Shown: piece after piece, positions 43,701 to 61,700 of the stretch
Position numbering within the stretch: position 1 is the stretch's first letter
How the letters are laid out: every line of letters begins with the position of its first letter
Source of the DNA: Eledone cirrhosa
Lineage: Eukaryota
Length of the DNA: 64,000 bases
Direction of reading: 5' to 3'
Assembly (NCBI GenBank): GCA_964016885.1
Contig: OZ024742.1
Location: 367,350,001 to 367,414,000, forward strand
Program-made: the position numbers and the translations under genes
The notes under the pieces: generated by a model
Seen by the model: only the letters and a program-made list of their open reading frames with translations
Told to the model about the DNA's origin: nothing
Databases searched by the model: none

Positions 43701-46700
43701 CATACCATCAACATTATCAAACATACCAGCAATATTATCAACCATATCATCAACATTATCAAACATACCATATATATTATCAAACATACCATCAACATTG
43801 TCAAACATACCAACATCATTATCAAACATAGCATCAACATTATCAAACATACCGTCAATATTAACAAACTACCATCAACATTATCAAACACCATCAATAT
43901 TATCAAACATACCATCAACATTATCAAACATACCATCAATATTATCAGACATACCGCCAATATTATCAAACATACCATCAACATTATAAGACATACCACC
44001 AACATTATCAAACATACCATCAACATTATCAAACATACCATCAACATTATCAAACATTCCAGCAATATTATCAGACATACCATCATCATTTTCAAACATA
44101 CCATCAACATTATCAAACATACCATCAACATTAACAAACATACCAGCAATATTATCAAACATACCATCAACATTATCAAACATACCATCAATATTATCAA
44201 ACATACCATCAACATTATCAAACATTATCAAACATACCATCAACATTATCAAACATACCATCAACATTATCAAACATTCCAGCAATATTATCAGACATAC
44301 CATCATCATTATCAAACATACCAGCAATATTATCAAACATACCCACAATATTATCTAACATACCACCAACATTATCAAACATACAATCAACATTATCAAA
44401 CACACCATCAACATTATCAAACATACCATCAATATTATCAAACATACCATCAACATTATCAAACATACCATCAACATTAACAAACATACCAGCAATATTA
44501 TCAAATATACCATAAACATTATCAAACATACCACCAACATTATCAAACATACCATCAACATTACCAAACATACCATCAACATTATCAAACATAACAGCAA
44601 TATTATCAAACATACCACCAACATTATCAAACATAACACCAACATTATCAAATATACCATCAACATTATGAAACATAACTTCAACATTATCAAACATACC
44701 ATCAACATTATCAAACATACCATCAACATTATCAAACATACCAGCAATATTATCAACGATATCATCAACATTATCAAACATACCATATATATTATCAAAC
44801 ATATCATCAACATTGTCAAACATACCAACAACATTATAAAACATAGCATCAACATTATCAAACATACCGTCAATATTAACAAAATACCATCATCATTATC
44901 AAACATACCATCAACATTATCAAACATACCATCAATATTATCAAACATACCACCAATATTATCAAACATACCATCAACATTATCAAACATACCACCAACA
45001 TTATCAAACATACCATCAACATTATCAAACATACCATCAAAATTATCAAACATTCCAGCAATATTATCAAACATACCATCATCATTATCAAACATACCAT
45101 CAACATTATCAAACACCATCAATATTATCAAACATACCATCAACATTATCAAACATACCATCAACATTATCAAACATACCATCAATATTATCAAACATAC
45201 TACCAATATTATCAAACATACCACCAACATTATCAAACATACCATCGATATTATCAAACATACCTTCAACATTATCAAATATACCATCAATATTATCAAA
45301 CATACCATCAACATTACCAAACATACCAGCAACATTATCAAACATACCAGCAATATTAACAAACATACCATCAACATTATCAAACATACCATCAACATTA
45401 TCAAACATATCATCAACATTTTCAAACATACCAGCAACATTATCAAACATACCAGCAATGTTATCAGACATACCTTCAACATTATCAAAACATACCACCA
45501 ATATTATAAAACATACCATCAACATTATCAAACATACCATAAACATTATCAAACATATCAACATTATGAAACATACCATCAATATTACCAAACATACCAT
45601 CAACATTATCAAACATACTACCAACATTATCAAACATACCATCAATTTTATCAAACATATCATCAACATTATCAAACATACCATCAATATTACCAAACAT
45701 ACCATCAACATTATTAAACATACCAGCAACATTATCAAATATACCATCAACATTATCAAACATACCATCAATATTACCAAACATACCATCAACATTATTA
45801 AACATACCAGCAACATTATCAAACATACCATCAACATTATCAAACATACCATCAATATTACCAAACATACCATCAACATTATCAAACATACCATCAATAT
45901 TATCAAACATACCACCAATATTATCAAACATACCATCAACATCATCAAACATACCATCAACATTATCAAACATACCAGCAAAATTATCAAACATACCATC
46001 AACATTATCAAACATACCCTCAATATTTTTAAACATACCATCAACATTATCAAACATACCATCAACATTATCAAACATACCATCAATATTATCAAACATA
46101 CCATCAACATTATCAAACATGCCAGCAATATTATCAAACATACCTTCAACATTATCAAAACATACCACCAATATTATCAAACATACCATCAACATTATCA
46201 AACATACCACCAACAGAATCAAACACATCAGCAATATTAACAAACATACCATCAATATTATCAAACATACCATCAATATTATCAAACATACCATCAACAT
46301 TATCAAACATACCACCAATATTACCAAACATACCATCAACATTATCAAACATACCACCAATATTACCAAACATACCATCAACATTATCAAACATACCATC
46401 AATATTACCAAACATACCATCAACATTATCAAACATACCACTAATATTATCAAATATACCATCAACATTATGAAACATATCTTCAACATTATCAAACATA
46501 GCATCAACATTATCAAACATACCGTCAATATTATCAAACATACCATCAACATAATCAAACATACCACCAATATTACCAAACATACCATCAACATTATCAA
46601 ATATACCACCAATATTATCAAAAATACCATCAACATTATCAAACATACCATCAATTTTATCAAACATATCATCAATATTATCAAACATACCATCAATATT

Positions 46701-49700
46701 ACCAAACATACCATCAACATTATTAAACATACCAGCAACATTATCAAACATACAATCAACATTATCAAACATACCATCAATATTACCAAACATACCATCA
46801 ACATTATCAAACATACCATCAACATTATCAAACATACCACCAACAGAATCAAACACATCAGCAATATTAACAAACATACCATCAATATTATCAAACATAC
46901 CATCAATATTATCAAACATACCATCAACATTATCAAACATACCATCAACATTATCAAACATAGCATCAATATTATCAAACATACCATTAACATTATCAAA
47001 CATACCATCAATATTATCAAACATACCATCAACATTATCAAACATACCATCAACATTATCAAACATAGCATCAACATTATCAAACATATCATCAACATTA
47101 TCAAACATACCATCAATATTACCAAACATACCATCAACATTATCAAACATACGAGCAACATTATCAAACATACCATCAACATTATCAAACATACCAGCAA
47201 CATTATGAAACATACCACCAATATTATCAAACATACCATCAACATTATCAAACATACCAGCAACATTATCAATCATATCATCAACATTATCAAACATACC
47301 ATCAATATTACGAAACATACCATCAACATTATTAAACATACCAGCAACATTATCAAACATACCACCAACAGAATCAAACACATCAGCAATATTAACAAAC
47401 ATACCATCAATATTATCAAACATACCATCAATATTGTCAAACATACCATCAACATTATCAAACATACCATCACCATTATCAAACATAGCATCAATATTAT
47501 CAAACATACCATTAACATTATCAAACATACCATCAATATTATCAAACATACCATCAACATTATCAAACATACCATCAACATTATCAAACATATCATCAAC
47601 ATTATCAAACATATCATCAACATTATCAAACATACCATCAATATTACCAAACATACCATCAACATTATCAAACATACGAGCAACATTATCAAACATACCA
47701 TCAACATTATCAAACATACCAGCAACATTATCAACCATACCACCAATATTATCAAACATACCATCAACATTATCAAACATACCAGCAACATTATCAAACA
47801 TACCATCAAAATTATCAAACATACCACCAATATTATCAAACATACCATCAATATTTTCAAACATACCAGCAATATTATCAAACATACCATCAATATTATC
47901 AAACATATCATCAACATTATCAAGCATACCATCTATATTATCAAACATACCATCAACATTATCAAACATACCAGCAACATTATCAAACATACCATCAACA
48001 TTATCAAACATACCACTAATATTATCAAATATACCATCAACATTATGAAACATATCTTCAACATTATCAAACATAGCATCAACATTATCAAACATACCGT
48101 CAATATTATCAAACATACCATCAACATAATCAAACATACCACCAATATTACCAAACATACCATCAACATTATCAAACATACCAGCAATATTATCAAACAT
48201 ACCATGAACATTATCAAACATACCATCAACATTATCAAACACCATCAATATTATCAAACATACCATCAACATTATCAAACATAGCATCAACATTATCAAA
48301 CATATCATCAACATTATCAAACATACCAGCAACTTTATCAGAAATACCAGCAATATTATCAAACATACCATCAACATTATCAAACATACCATAAACATTA
48401 TCAAACATATCGACATTATGAAACATACCATCAATATTACCAAACATACCACCAATATTATCAAACATACCATCAACATTATCAAACATACCATCAATTT
48501 TATCAAACATATCATCAACATTATCAAACATACCATCAATATTACCAAACATACCATCAACATTATTAAACATACCAGCAACATTATCAAATATACCATC
48601 AACATTATCAAACATACCATCAATATTACCAAACATACCATCAACATTATTAAACATACCAGCAACATTATCAAACATACCATCAACATTATCAAACATA
48701 GCATCAATATTACCAAACATACCATCAACATTATCAAACATACCATCAATATTATCAAACATACCACCAATATTATCAAACATACCATCAACATCATCAA
48801 ACATACCATCAACATTATCAAACATACCATCAAAATTATCAAACATTCCAGCAATATTATCAAACATACCATCATCATTATCAAACATACCATCAACATT
48901 ATCAAACACCATCAATATTATCAAACATACCATCAACATTATCAAACATACCATCAACATTATCAAACATACCATCAATATTATCAAACATACTACCAAT
49001 ATTATCAAACATACCACCAACATTATCAAACATACCATCGATATTATCAAACATACCTTCAACATTATCAAATATACCATCAATATTATCAAACATACCA
49101 TCAACATTACCAAACATACCAGCAACATTATCAAACATACCAGCAATATTAACAAACATACCATCAACATTATCAAACATACCATCAACATTATCAAACA
49201 TATCATCAACATTTTCAAACATACCAGCAACATTATCAAACATACCAGCAATGTTATCAGACATACCTTCAACATTATCAAAACATACCACCAATATTAT
49301 AAAACATACCATCAACATTATCAAACATACCATAAACATTATCAAACATATCAACATTATGAAACATACCATCAATATTACCAAACATACCATCAACATT
49401 ATCAAACATACTACCAACATTATCAAACATACCATCAATTTTATCAAACATATCATCAACATTATCAAACATACCATCAATATTACCAAACATACCATCA
49501 ACATTATTAAACATACCAGCAACATTATCAAATATACCATCAACATTATCAAACATACCATCAATATTACCAAACATACCATCAACATTATTAAACATAC
49601 CAGCAACATTATCAAACATACCATCAACATTATCAAACATACCATCAATATTACCAAACATACCATCAACATTATCAAACATACCATCAATATTATCAAA

Positions 49701-52700
49701 CATACCACCAATATTATCAAACATACCATCAACATCATCAAACATACCATCAACATTATCAAACATACCAGCAAAATTATCAAACATACCATCAACATTA
49801 TCAAACATACCCTCAATATTTTTAAACATACCATCAACATTATCAAACATACCATCAACATTATCAAACATACCATCAATATTATCAAACATACCATCAA
49901 CATTATCAAACATGCCAGCAATATTATCAAACATACCTTCAACATTATCAAAACATACCACCAATATTATCAAACATACCATCAACATTATCAAACATAC
50001 CACCAACAGAATCAAACACATCAGCAATATTAACAAACATACCATCAATATTATCAAACATACCACCAATATTACCAAACATACCATCAACATTATCAAA
50101 CATACCACCAAATATTACCAAACATACCATCAACATTATCAAACATACCATCAATATTACCAAACATACCATCAACATTATCAAACATACCACTAATATT
50201 ATCAAATATACCATCAACATTATGAAACATATCTTCAACATTATCAAACATAGCATCAACATTATCAAACATACCGTCAATATTATCAAACATACCATCA
50301 ACATAATCAAACATACCACCAATATTACCAAACATACCATCAACATTATCAAATATACCACCAATATTATCAAAAATACCATCAACATTATCAAACATAC
50401 CATCAATTTTATCAAACATATCATCAATATTATCAAACATACCATCAATATTACCAAACATACCATCAACATTATTAAACATACCAGCAACATTATCAAA
50501 CATACAATCAACATTATCAAACATACCATCAATATTACCAAACATACCATCAACATTATCAAACATACCATCAACATTATCAAACATACCACCAACAGAA
50601 TCAAACACATCAGCAATATTAACAAACATACCATCAATATTATCAAACATACCATCAATATTATCAAACATACCATCAACATTATCAAACATACCATCAA
50701 CATTATCAAACATAGCATCAATATTATCAAACATACCATTAACATTATCAAACATACCATCAATATTATCAAACATACCATCAACATTATCAAACATACC
50801 ATCAACATTATCAAACATAGCATCAACATTATCAAACATATCATCAACATTATCAAACATACCATCAATATTACCAAACATACCATCAACATTATCAAAC
50901 ATACGAGCAACATTATCAAACATACCATCAACATTATCAAACATACCAGCAACATTATGAAACATACCACCAATATTATCAAACATACCATCAACATTAT
51001 CAAACATACCAGCAACATTATCAATCATATCATCAACATTATCAAACATACCATCAATATTACGAAACATACCATCAACATTATTAAACATACCAGCAAC
51101 ATTATCAAACATACCACCAACAGAATCAAACACATCAGCAATATTAACAAACATACCATCAATATTATCAAACATACCATCAATATTGTCAAACATACCA
51201 TCAACATTATCAAACATACCATCACCATTATCAAACATAGCATCAATATTATCAAACATACCATTAACATTATCAAACATACCATCAATATTATCAAACA
51301 TACCATCAACATTATCAAACATACCATCAACATTATCAAACATATCATCAACATTATCAAACATATCATCAACATTATCAAACATACCATCAATATTACC
51401 AAACATACCATCAACATTATCAAACATACGAGCAACATTATCAAACATACCATCAACATTATCAAACATACCAGCAACATTATCAACCATACCACCAATA
51501 TTATCAAACATACCATCAACATTATCAAACATACCAGCAACATTATCAAACATACCATCAAAATTATCAAACATACCACCAATATTATCAAACATACCAT
51601 CAATATTTTCAAACATACCAGCAATATTATCAAACATACCATCAATATTATCAAACATATCATCAACATTATCAAGCATACCATCTATATTATCAAACAT
51701 ACCATCAACATTATCAAACATACCAGCAACATTATCAAACATACCATCAACATTATCAAACATACCACTAATATTATCAAATATACCATCAACATTATGA
51801 AACATATCTTCAACATTATCAAACATAGCATCAACATTATCAAACATACCGTCAATATTATCAAACATACCATCAACATAATCAAACATACCACCAATAT
51901 TACCAAACATACCATCAACATTATCAAACATACCAGCAATATTATCAAACATACCATGAACATTATCAAACATACCATCAACATTATCAAACACCATCAA
52001 TATTATCAAACATACCATCAACATTATCAAACATAGCATCAACATTATCAAACATATCATCAACATTATCAAACATACCAGCAACTTTATCAGAAATACC
52101 AGCAATATTATCAAACATACCATCAACATTATCAAACATACCATAAACATTATCAAACATATCGACATTATGAAACATACCATCAATATTACCAAACATA
52201 CCACCAATATTATCAAACATACCATCAACATTATCAAACATACCATCAATTTTATCAAACATATCATCAACATTATCAAACATACCATCAATATTACCAA
52301 ACATACCATCAACATTATTAAACATACCAGCAACATTATCAAATATACCATCAACATTATCAAACATACCATCAATATTACCAAACATACCATCAACATT
52401 ATTAAACATACCAGCAACATTATCAAACATACCATCAACATTATCAAACATAGCATCAATATTACCAAACATACCATCAACATTATCAAACATACCATCA
52501 ATATTATCAAACATACCACCAATATTATCAAACATACCATCAACATCATCAAACATACCATCAACATTATCAAACATACCATCAAAATTATCAAACATTC
52601 CAGCAATATTATCAAACATACCATCATCATTATCAAACATACCATCAACATTATCAAACACCATCAATATTATCAAACATACCATCAACATTATCAAACA

Positions 52701-55700
52701 TACCATCAACATTATCAAACATACCATCAATATTATCAAACATACTACCAATATTATCAAACATACCACCAACATTATCAAACATACCATCGATATTATC
52801 AAACATACCTTCAACATTATCAAATATACCATCAATATTATCAAACATACCATCAACATTACCAAACATACCAGCAACATTATCAAACATACCAGCAATA
52901 TTAACAAACATACCATCAACATTATCAAACATACCATCAACATTATCAAACATATCATCAACATTTTCAAACATACCAGCAACATTATCAAACATACCAG
53001 CAATGTTATCAGACATACCTTCAACATTATCAAAACATACCACCAATATTATAAAACATACCATCAACATTATCAAACATACCATAAACATTATCAAACA
53101 TATCAACATTATGAAACATACCATCAATATTACCAAACATACCATCAACATTATCAAACATACTACCAACATTATCAAACATACCATCAATTTTATCAAA
53201 CATATCATCAACATTATCAAACATACCATCAATATTACCAAACATACCATCAACATTATTAAACATACCAGCAACATTATCAAATATACCATCAACATTA
53301 TCAAACATACCATCAATATTACCAAACATACCATCAACATTATTAAACATACCAGCAACATTATCAAACATACCATCAACATTATCAAACATACCATCAA
53401 TATTACCAAACATACCATCAACATTATCAAACATACCATCAATATTATCAAACATACCACCAATATTATCAAACATACCATCAACATCATCAAACATACC
53501 ATCAACATTATCAAACATACCAGCAAAATTATCAAACATACCATCAACATTATCAAACATACCCTCAATATTTTTAAACATACCATCAACATTATCAAAC
53601 ATACCATCAACATTATCAAACATACCATCAATATTATCAAACATACCATCAACATTATCAAACATGCCAGCAATATTATCAAACATACCTTCAACATTAT
53701 CAAAACATACCACCAATATTATCAAACATACCATCAACATTATCAAACATACCACCAACAGAATCAAACACATCAGCAATATTAACAAACATACCATCAA
53801 TATTATCAAACATACCACCAATATTACCAAACATACCATCAACATTATCAAACATACCACCAAATATTACCAAACATACCATCAACATTATCAAACATAC
53901 CATCAATATTACCAAACATACCATCAACATTATCAAACATACCACTAATATTATCAAATATACCATCAACATTATGAAACATATCTTCAACATTATCAAA
54001 CATAGCATCAACATTATCAAACATACCGTCAATATTATCAAACATACCATCAACATAATCAAACATACCACCAATATTACCAAACATACCATCAACATTA
54101 TCAAATATACCACCAATATTATCAAAAATACCATCAACATTATCAAACATACCATCAATTTTATCAAACATATCATCAATATTATCAAACATACCATCAA
54201 TATTACCAAACATACCATCAACATTATTAAACATACCAGCAACATTATCAAACATACAATCAACATTATCAAACATACTATCAATATTACCAAACATACC
54301 ATCAACATTATCAAACATACCATCAACATTATCAAACATACCACCAACAGAATCAAACACATCAGCAATATTAACAAACATACCATCAATATTATCAAAC
54401 ATACCATCAATATTATCAAACATACCATCAACATTATCAAACATACCATCAACATTATCAAACATAGCATCAATATTATCAAACATACCATTAACATTAT
54501 CAAACATACCATCAATATTATCAAACATACCATCAACATTATCAAACATACCATCAACATTATCAAACATAGCATCAACATTATCAAACATATCATCAAC
54601 ATTATCAAACATACCATCAATATTACCAAACATACCATCAACATTATCAAACATACGAGCAACATTATCAAACATACCATCAACATTATCAAACATACCA
54701 GCAACATTATGAAACATACCACCAATATTATCAAACATACCATCAACATTATCAAACATACCAGCAACATTATCAATCATATCATCAACATTATCAAACA
54801 TACCATCAATATTACGAAACATACCATCAACATTATTAAACATACCAGCAACATTATCAAACATACCACCAACAGAATCAAACACATCAGCAATATTAAC
54901 AAACATACCATCAATATTATCAAACATACCATCAATATTGTCAAACATACCATCAACATTATCAAACATACCATCACCATTATCAAACATAGCATCAATA
55001 TTATCAAACATACCATTAACATTATCAAACATACCATCAATATTATCAAACATACCATCAACATTATCAAACATACCATCAACATTATCAAACATATCAT
55101 CAACATTATCAAACATATCATCAACATTATCAAACATACCATCAATATTACCAAACATACCATCAACATTATCAAACATACGAGCAACATTATCAAACAT
55201 ACCATCAACATTATCAAACATACCAGCAACATTATCAACCATACCACCAATATTATCAAACATACCATCAACATTATCAAACATACCAGCAACATTATCA
55301 AACATACCATCAAAATTATCAAACATACCACCAATATTATCAAACATACCATCAATATTTTCAAACATACCAGCAATATTATCAAACATACCATCAATAT
55401 TATCAAACATATCATCAACATTATCAAGCATACCATCTATATTATCAAACATACCATCAACATTATCAAACATACCAGCAACATTATCAAACATACCATC
55501 AACATTATCAAACATACCACTAATATTATCAAATATACCATCAACATTATGAAACATATCTTCAACATTATCAAACATAGCATCAACATTATCAAACATA
55601 CCGTCAATATTATCAAACATACCATCAACATAATCAAACATACCACCAATATTACCAAACATACCATCAACATTATCAAACATACCAGCAATATTATCAA

Positions 55701-58700
55701 ACATACCATGAACATTATCAAACATACCATCAACATTATCAAACACCATCAATATTATCAAACATACCATCAACATTATCAAACATAGCATCAACATTAT
55801 CAAACATATCATCAACATTATCAAACATACCAGCAACTTTATCAGAAATACCAGCAATATTATCAAACATACCATCAACATTATCAAACATACCATAAAC
55901 ATTATCAAACATATCGACATTATGAAACATACCATCAATATTACCAAACATACCACCAATATTATCAAACATACCATCAACATTATCAAACATACCATCA
56001 ATTTTATCAAACATATCATCAACATTATCAAACATACCATCAATATTACCAAACATACCATCAACATTATTAAACATACCAGCAACATTATCAAATATAC
56101 CATCAACATTATCAAACATACCATCAATATTACCAAACATACCATCAACATTATTAAACATACCAGCAACATTATCAAACATACCATCAACATTATCAAA
56201 CATAGCATCAATATTACCAAACATACCATCAACATTATCAAACATACCATCAATATTATCAAACATACCACCAATATTATCAAACATACCATCAACATCA
56301 TCAAACATACCATCAACATTATCAAACATACCAGCAAAATTATCAAACATACCATCAACATTATCAAACATACCCTCAATATTTTTAAACATACCATCAA
56401 CATTATCAAACATACCATCAACATTATCAAACATACCATCAATATTATCAAACATACCATCAACATTATCAAACATACCAGCAATATTATCAAACATACC
56501 TTCAACATTATCAAAACATACCACCAATATTATCAAACATACCATCAACATTATCAAACATACCACCAACAGAATCAAACACATCAGCAATATTAACAAA
56601 CATACCATCAATATTATCAAACATACCATCAATATTATCAAACATACCATCAACATTATCAAACATACCACCAATATTACCAAACATACCATCAACATTA
56701 TCAAACATACCACCAATATTACCAAACATACCATCAACATTATCAAACATACCATCAATATTACCAAACATACCATCAACATTATCAAACATACCACTAA
56801 TATTATCAAATATACCATCAACATTATGAAACATATCTTCAACATTATCAAACATAGCATCAACATTATCAAACATACCGTCAATATTATCAAACATACC
56901 ATCAACATAATCAAACATACCACCAATATTACCAAACATACCATCAACATTATCAAACATACCAGCAATATTATCAAACATACCATCAACATTATCAAAC
57001 ATACAATCAACATTATCAAACACCATCAATATTATCAAACATACCATCAACATTATCAAACACACCATCAACATTATCAAACATACCATCAATATTATCA
57101 AACATACCACCAATATTATCAAACATACCATCAACATCATCAAACATACCATCAACATTATCAAACATACCAGCAAAATTATCAAACATACCATCAACAT
57201 TATCAAACATACCACCAATATTACCAAACATACCATCAACATTATCAAACATACCACCAATATTACCAAACATACCATCAACATTATCAAACATACCATC
57301 AATATTACCAAACATACCATCAACATTATCAAACATACCACTAATATTATCAAATATACCATCAACATTATGAAACATATCTTCAACATTATCAAACATA
57401 GCATCAACATTATCAAACATACCGTCAATATTATCAAACATACCATCAACATAATCAAACATACCACCAATATTACCAAACATACCATCAACATTATCAA
57501 ATATACCACCAATATTATCAAAAATACCATCAACATTATCAAACATACCATCAATTTTATCAAACATATCATCAATATTATCAAACATACCATCAATATT
57601 ACCAAACATACCATCAACATTATTAAACATACCAGCAACATTATCAAACATACAATCAACATTATCAAACATACCATCAATATTACCAAACATACCATCA
57701 ACATTATCAAACATACCATCAACATTATCAAACATACCACCAACAGAATCAAACACATCAGCAATATTAACAAACATACCATCAATATTATCAAACATAC
57801 CATCAATATTATCAAACATACCATCAACATTATCAAACATACCATCAACATTATCAAACATAGCATCAATATTATCAAACATACCATTAACATTATCAAA
57901 CATACCATCAATATTATCAAACATACCATCAACATGATCAAACATACCATCAACATTATCAAACATAGCATCAACATTATCAAACATATCATCAACATTA
58001 TCAAACATACCATCAATATTACCAAACATACCATCAACATTATCGAACATACGAGCAACATTATCAAACATACCATCAACATTATCAAACATACCAGCAA
58101 CATTATGAAACATACCACCAATATTATCAAACATACCATCAACATTATCAAACATACCAGCAACATTATCAATCATATCATCAACATTATCAAACATACC
58201 ATCAATATTACGAAACATACCATCAACATTATTAAACATACCAGCAACATTATCAAACATACCACCAACAGAATCAAACACATCAGCAATATTAACAAAC
58301 ATACCATCAATATTATCAAACATACCATCAATATTGTCAAACATACCATCAACATTATCAAACATACCATCACCATTATCAAACATAGCATCAATATTAT
58401 CAAACATACCATTAACATTATCAAACATACCATCAATATTATCAAACATACCATCAACATTATCAAACATACCATCAACATTATCAAACATATCATCAAC
58501 ATTATCAAACATATCATCAACATTATCAAACATACCATCAATATTACCAAACATACCATCAACATTATCAAACATACGAGCAACATTATCAAACATACCA
58601 TCAACATTATCAAACATACCAGCAAAATTATCAACCATACCACCAATATTATCAAACATACCATCAACATTATCAAACATACCAGCAACATTATCAAACA

Positions 58701-61700
58701 TACCATCAAAATTATCAAACATACCACCAATATTATCAAACATACCATCAATATTTTCAAACATACCAGCAATATTATCAAACATACCATCAATATTATC
58801 AAACATATCATCAACATTATCAAGCATACCATCTATATTATCAAACATACCATCAACATTATCAAACATACCAGCAACATTATCAAACATACCATCAACA
58901 TTATCAAACATACCACTAATATTATCAAATATACCATCAACATTATGAAACATATCTTCAACATTATCAAACATAGCATCAACATTATCAAACATACCGT
59001 CAATATTATCAAACATACCATCAACATAATCAAACATACCACCAATATTACCAAACATACCATCAACATTATCAAACATACCAGCAATATTATCAAACAT
59101 ACCATGAACATTATCAAACATACCATCAACATTATCAAACACCATCAATATTATCAAACATACCATCAACATTATCAAACATAGCATCAACATTATCAAA
59201 CATATCATCAACATTATCAAACATACCAGCAACTTTATCAGAAATACCAGCAATATTATCAAACATACCATCAACATTATCAAACATACCATAAACATTA
59301 TCAAACATATCGACATTATGAAACATACCATCAATATTACCAAACATACCACCAATATTATCAAACATACCATCAACATTATCAAACATACCATCAATTT
59401 TATCAAACATATCATCAACATTATCAAACATACCATCAATATTACCAAACATACCATCAACATTATTAAACATACCAGCAACATTATCAAATATACCATC
59501 AACATTATCAAACATACCATCAATATTACCAAACATACCATCAACATTATTAAACATACCAGCAACATTATCAAACATACCATCAACATTATCAAACATA
59601 GCATCAATATTACCAAACATACCATCAACATTATCAAACATACCATCAATATTATCAAACATACCACCAATATTATCAAACATACCATCAACATCATCAA
59701 ACATACCATCAACATTATCAAACATACCAGCAAAATTATCAAACATACCATCAACATTATCAAACATACCCTCAATATTTTTAAACATACCATCAACATT
59801 ATCAAACATACCATCAACATTATCAAACATACCATCAATATTATCAAACATACCATCAACATTATCAAACATACCAGCAATATTATCAAACATACCTTCA
59901 ACATTATCAAAACATACCACCAATATTATCAAACATACCATCAACATTATCAAACATACCACCAACAGAATCAAACACATCAGCAATATTAACAAACATA
60001 CCATCAATATTATCAAACATACCATCAATATTATCAAACATACCATCAACATTATCAAACATACCACCAATATTACCAAACATACCATCAACATTATCAA
60101 ACATACCACCAATATTACCAAACATACCATCAACATTATCAAACATACCATCAATATTACCAAACATACCATCAACATTATCAAACATACCACTAATATT
60201 ATCAAATATACCATCAACATTATGAAACATATCTTCAACATTATCAAACATAGCATCAACATTATCAAACATACCGTCAATATTATCAAACATACCATCA
60301 ACATAATCAAACATACCACCAATATTACCAAACATACCATCAACATTATCAAACATACCAGCAATATTATCAAACATACCATCAACATTATCAAACATAC
60401 CATCAACATTATCAAACACCATCAATATTATCAAACATACCATCAACATTATCAAACATACCATCAACATTATCAAACATACCATCAATATTATCAAACA
60501 TACCACCAATATTATCAAACATACCATCAACATCATCAAACATACCATCAACATTATCAAACATACCAGCAAAATTATCAAACATACCATCAACATTATC
60601 AAACATACCCTCAATATTTTTAAACATACCATAAACATTATCAAACATATCCATATTATGAAACATACCCTCAATATTAACAAACATACCATCAATATTA
60701 TCAAACATACCATCAATATTATCAAACATACCATCAACATTATCAAACATACCACCAATATTACCAAACATACCATCAACATTATCAAACATACCACCAA
60801 TATTACCAAACATACCATCAACATTATCAAACATACCATCAACATTATCAAACATACCATAAACATTATCAAACATATCCATATTATGAAACATACCCTC
60901 AATATTACCAAACATACCATCAACATTATCAAACATACCACCAACATTATCAAACATACCAGCAATATTATCAAACATACCATCAACATTATGAAACATA
61001 TCATCATCATTATCAAACATACCATCAACATAATCAAACATATCATCAACATTATCAAACATACCAGCAACATTATCAAGCATACCAGCAATATTATCAA
61101 ACTTACCATCAACATTATCAAACATATCATCAACATTATCAAACATACCATCAATATTACCAAACATACCATCAACATTATTAAACATACCAGCAACATT
61201 ATCAAACATACCATCAACATTATCAAACATACCATCAATATTACCAAACATACCATCAACATTATCAAATATACCATAAACATTATCAAACATATCAACA
61301 TTATCAAACATACCACCAACAGTATCAAACACATCAGCAATATTAACAAACATACCATCAATATTATCAAACATACCATCAATATTATCAAACATACCAT
61401 CAACATTATCAAACATACCATCAACATTATCAAACATAGCATCAATATTATCAAACATACCATTAACATTATCAAACATACCATCAATATTATCAAACAT
61501 ACCATCAACATTATCAAACATACCATCAACATTATCAAACATAGCATGAACAATATCAAACATATCATCAACATTATCAAACATACCATCAATATTACCA
61601 AACATACCATCAACATTATCAAACATACGAGCAACATTATCAAACATACCATCAACATTATCAAACATACCAGCAACATCATCAAACATACCACCAATAT